Assembly: GCA_048187355.1 (NCBI GenBank)
Contig: DBEZDO010000069.1
Span: 10,456 to 74,455 of the forward strand
Direction: 5' to 3'
Origin: Collinsella sp.
GTDB lineage: Bacteria; Actinomycetota; Coriobacteriia; Coriobacteriales; Coriobacteriaceae
Length of the DNA: 64,000 nucleotides
A program made the translations under genes and the position numbers. This document shows positions 61,612-64,000 of this stretch, in pieces (position 1 is the first letter of the stretch; each line of letters opens with the position of its first letter). Under the pieces are notes generated by a model, which saw nothing but the letters and a program-made list of their open reading frames with translations, ran no database searches and was not told the origin of the DNA.

Positions 61612-61934
61612 GGAAATCTTATCCCAGCTCAAAGGCCATTTCTGGGATGTATTTTCCGTCGAGTGCCTCATCGGGAAACTGCATCCCATTTCAAGCGTCG
61701 ATTCTGGGACGCACTTTCCCCTTAGACCCTCAACCGGAAACCGCATCCCACTTTGAGCGCAAATTCCGGGATGCATTTTCCGCTTGAGCCTCATTGGGAA
61801 ACGGCGTCCCACTTTGAGGGCTGATTGTGGGATGCATTTTCCGGTTTTGCTCTCATTGGGAAAATGCATCCCGTTTCTTGACCGAATAATGGGACGCAAT
61901 TTCCCGTTGGAGCGCCTTTGGGAAAGTGTGTCCC
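61612..61934. repeat. Array of 11 alternating-orientation 14-bp motifs (GGGAYGCATTTTCC consensus) with variable 18- and 15/16-nt spacers, ~62-bp period
   Basis: Motifs start at 61612, 61644, 61674, 61706, 61736, 61768, 61797, 61829, 61859, 61891 and 61921. Confidence 0.92.
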
Positions 61935-61990
61935 ACTTTGGACGCATCCGGGCACGGAACCATCGACCTATCAGGCCTCCCATCAATAAA

Positions 61991-62128
61991 GAGGCGTCCT
62001 CCCGGACGGCGGGGAACGAAGTTCATCGCGAGTTCCGCACGCAAAGAAGGCCACTTAATGTGGCCTTCGTCTTGCGCAGGACTGTAGAGCAGGGAACTTC
62101 GTGCCCCGACGCCCGGGAGGACGTTTCA
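61991..62128. repeat. ~137-bp hairpin element (family F-like)
   Basis: 61991-62024 pairs with 62094-62127; central AAGGCCAC-TTAAT-GTGGCCTT. Confidence 0.85.
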
Positions 62129-62165
62129 TTTAGAAAGATGGACCGACCGCCGTCAGCGATGGGAG

Positions 62166-62723
62166 CTACTCCCCCAGCACGGCCTTCTTGGCGGCTGCGG
62201 CCATGTTGTCCAGGTCCTCCTTGGTGGGATGGTCCTTTGCGGCAAACCAGTTGTCGAGCAGCATCTTATAGCGCGCGTTTTCGGGTTCTTGCTCAAGCAT
62301 TGCCTCGTAGCGCTGCTTTACGGCAGGGCCCATCTTGCCCTGGCACATCGCCCAGCCCGCAAGCTCGGCATCCCCAGCCAAATTGGAAGTTACGCGGTCG
62401 ATAATCTGCTGATAGTAGCTCTGGTCGGCCCCAAAGCCGCAGGTGCCAAACAGGAACACGCGCTTACCGTGCAAGGCGGAGAGCAACGCCGCGACCGAAG
62501 GCGTGCACGCGCCCTTGTCGCACCAAAAACCGACGAGCACCGTGTCGGCCGCGCAGGCGCCCTGCGCCTCGAGCGCAACCTGATCTGCATCCGCATCGTC
62601 GCTCAACGCCGCGGCATGGACAAAATCAACACCCGCAGCCTGCAGAGCGCGCTTGATCGCGCCCGAAACCATCCTGGTATTACCGCTCTTGCTGTTAACC
62701 ACCAAAGAGCACGTCATAGTCAC
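62166..62723 (-). CDS. Flavodoxin family protein (Flavodoxin_3-like)
   Basis: SKSGNT FMN loop, VGFWCDKG, FLFGTCG, CQGKM and HPT.EDL. Confidence 0.88.
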   Translation of the reverse strand: MTMTCSLVVNSKSGNTRMVSGAIKRALQAAGVDFVHAAALSDDADADQVALEAQGACAADTVLVGFWCDKGACTPSVAALLSALHGKRVFLFGTCGFGADQSYYQQIIDRVTSNLAGDAELAGWAMCQGKMGPAVKQRYEAMLEQEPENARYKMLLDNWFAAKDHPTKEDLDNMAAAAKKAVLGE

Positions 62724-62844
62724 GTTGCCTCGTTTCCCCCAAAACTAAAGCCACTAATGCAATTTATTAGATGAATATCTTAGTACTTACGTGACAGATG
62801 TAAACCACCGTCTGTCGATTGATTAATTTGCCCCACGGGCTTGC

Positions 62845-64000
62845 TTACTGGGCGAATTGGCTGCGGTAGAGTTCGGCGTAGAAGCCGCCTGCCGCTAGCA
62901 GCTCGTCGTGCGTGCCGCGCTCGATAATCTGGCCGTCGCGCATCACCAAAATGCAGTCGGCGTTGCGGATGGTGCTCAGGCGATGCGCCACGACAAAGCT
63001 TGTGCGGCCAGCCATGAGCTCGTCGAATGCCGCCTGCACCTGCAGCTCGGTGCGGGTATCGATGCTCGAAGTCGCCTCGTCCAGCAGCAAGATAGCCGGA
63101 TCGGTGAGCATGACGCGTGCGATGCACAGCAGCTGTTTTTGACCTTGGCTAAACGTGCCGCCGTCCTCGCCGATCACCGTATCGTAGCCGCCTGGCAGCT
63201 GCACGATAAACTTGTGCGCGTGCGCGCGCTTGGCCGCCTCGACAACCTGTTCGCGCGTGGCATCGGGACAACCGTAGGCGATGTTTTCCGCCACCGTGCC
63301 CTCGAACAGCCAAGTGTCCTGCAGCACCATGCCAAAGGCGCGGCGCAGGCTTGCGCGCGTGTAGTCACGCGAGGAACGGCCATCGACCGCAATGCGACCG
63401 GCATCGATATCGTAAAAACGCAGTAGCAAATTGATGAGCGTCGTCTTGCCACAGCCCGTAGGACCGACCAGGGCAAAGCGCATGCCGGGCTTAGCCTCGA
63501 TGCAGATATCCTGCAGCAGTTTGCGGTCGGGCACGTAGCTAAAGTCCACGTGTTCAAAAGTCACCTCACCCTGCGGGGCGGTAAGCTCTACAGCGTCCGA
63601 CGCGTCGGGCTCCTGCTCGCGCGCATCGAGCAGCGCAAACATGCGGCGCGCCGAGGCGTACGCGGTCTGGACCTGCGTAATGACGTTGGTGACCTCGTTG
63701 AACGGCTTGGTGTACTGGTTGGCATAGGACAGGAAGATCTGCACGCCGCCCACCGTAAGCGCCGCGGGCACGCCCGTGATCACGCCCACGCAGCCGATCA
63801 CAGCGACCACGGCATAGATGATGTTATTGATAAAGCGCGTACCGGGATTGGAAAGCGAGCCCATAAACTGCGCGCACTCGCCTGCCGTATAGAGCTCGGC
63901 GTTAAGGGCATCAAAGCGCAGCTGCGCATTGGGGCCATAGGCAAAGGCGTCGACAAGCTTCTGCTCGCCTACGTACTCTTCGATATGACCACCGAGCTGA
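62845..64000 (-). CDS. Multidrug-type ABC transporter ATP-binding/permease (partial, 5' end beyond window)
   Basis: GPTGCGKT, FSQGQKQL, LDEATSSID and AHRLST; the frame stays open to the window end. Confidence 0.93.
   Translation of the reverse strand, partial: QLGGHIEEYVGEQKLVDAFAYGPNAQLRFDALNAELYTAGECAQFMGSLSNPGTRFINNIIYAVVAVIGCVGVITGVPAALTVGGVQIFLSYANQYTKPFNEVTNVITQVQTAYASARRMFALLDAREQEPDASDAVELTAPQGEVTFEHVDFSYVPDRKLLQDICIEAKPGMRFALVGPTGCGKTTLINLLLRFYDIDAGRIAVDGRSSRDYTRASLRRAFGMVLQDTWLFEGTVAENIAYGCPDATREQVVEAAKRAHAHKFIVQLPGGYDTVIGEDGGTFSQGQKQLLCIARVMLTDPAILLLDEATSSIDTRTELQVQAAFDELMAGRTSFVVAHRLSTIRNADCILVMRDGQIIERGTHDELLAAGGFYAELYRSQFAQ

Noticed and set aside
61612..61934. CRISPR or TIGR array interpretation
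   Set aside because: Repeats are 14 bp, degenerate and alternate in orientation; spacers are short and partly related; no cas or Nop-domain gene is in the window.
57119..62128. Autonomous transposon
   Set aside because: No transposase and no target duplication; the right-hand repeat is part of a larger hairpin element.

Overview
High-GC chromosomal window. Gene content and order suggest a Coriobacteriia (Collinsella-like) gut actinobacterium; this is inference. The core backbone is the 5' half of the F1Fo ATP synthase operon, upp, glpK, sua5, prmC, prfA, amino-acid and multidrug-type ABC transporters, pdxK, tex, transaldolase, rlmKL, kup with kdpDE, an LTA-synthase-family gene and a flavodoxin. 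Accessory content: (1) a HigBA-like toxin-antitoxin pair; (2) two AAA_14/DUF4143 ATPase-nuclease genes, each preceded by three repeats at an exact 33-bp period; (3) a class-B-sortase pilus operon bracketed by ~55-bp direct repeats, whose tip adhesin is frameshifted at a G10 tract in its signal peptide; (4) an IS3/IS150-group element inserted in the loop of a REP-like palindrome; (5) a ~1,360-aa cell-wall-anchored protein bracketed by inverted ~95-bp repeats and arrays of alternating 14-bp motifs with unique 16/18-nt spacers. Intergenic DNA carries several families of palindromic repeats, one with a conserved core but unrelated self-complementary arms. No rRNA, tRNA or CRISPR-cas locus was seen.
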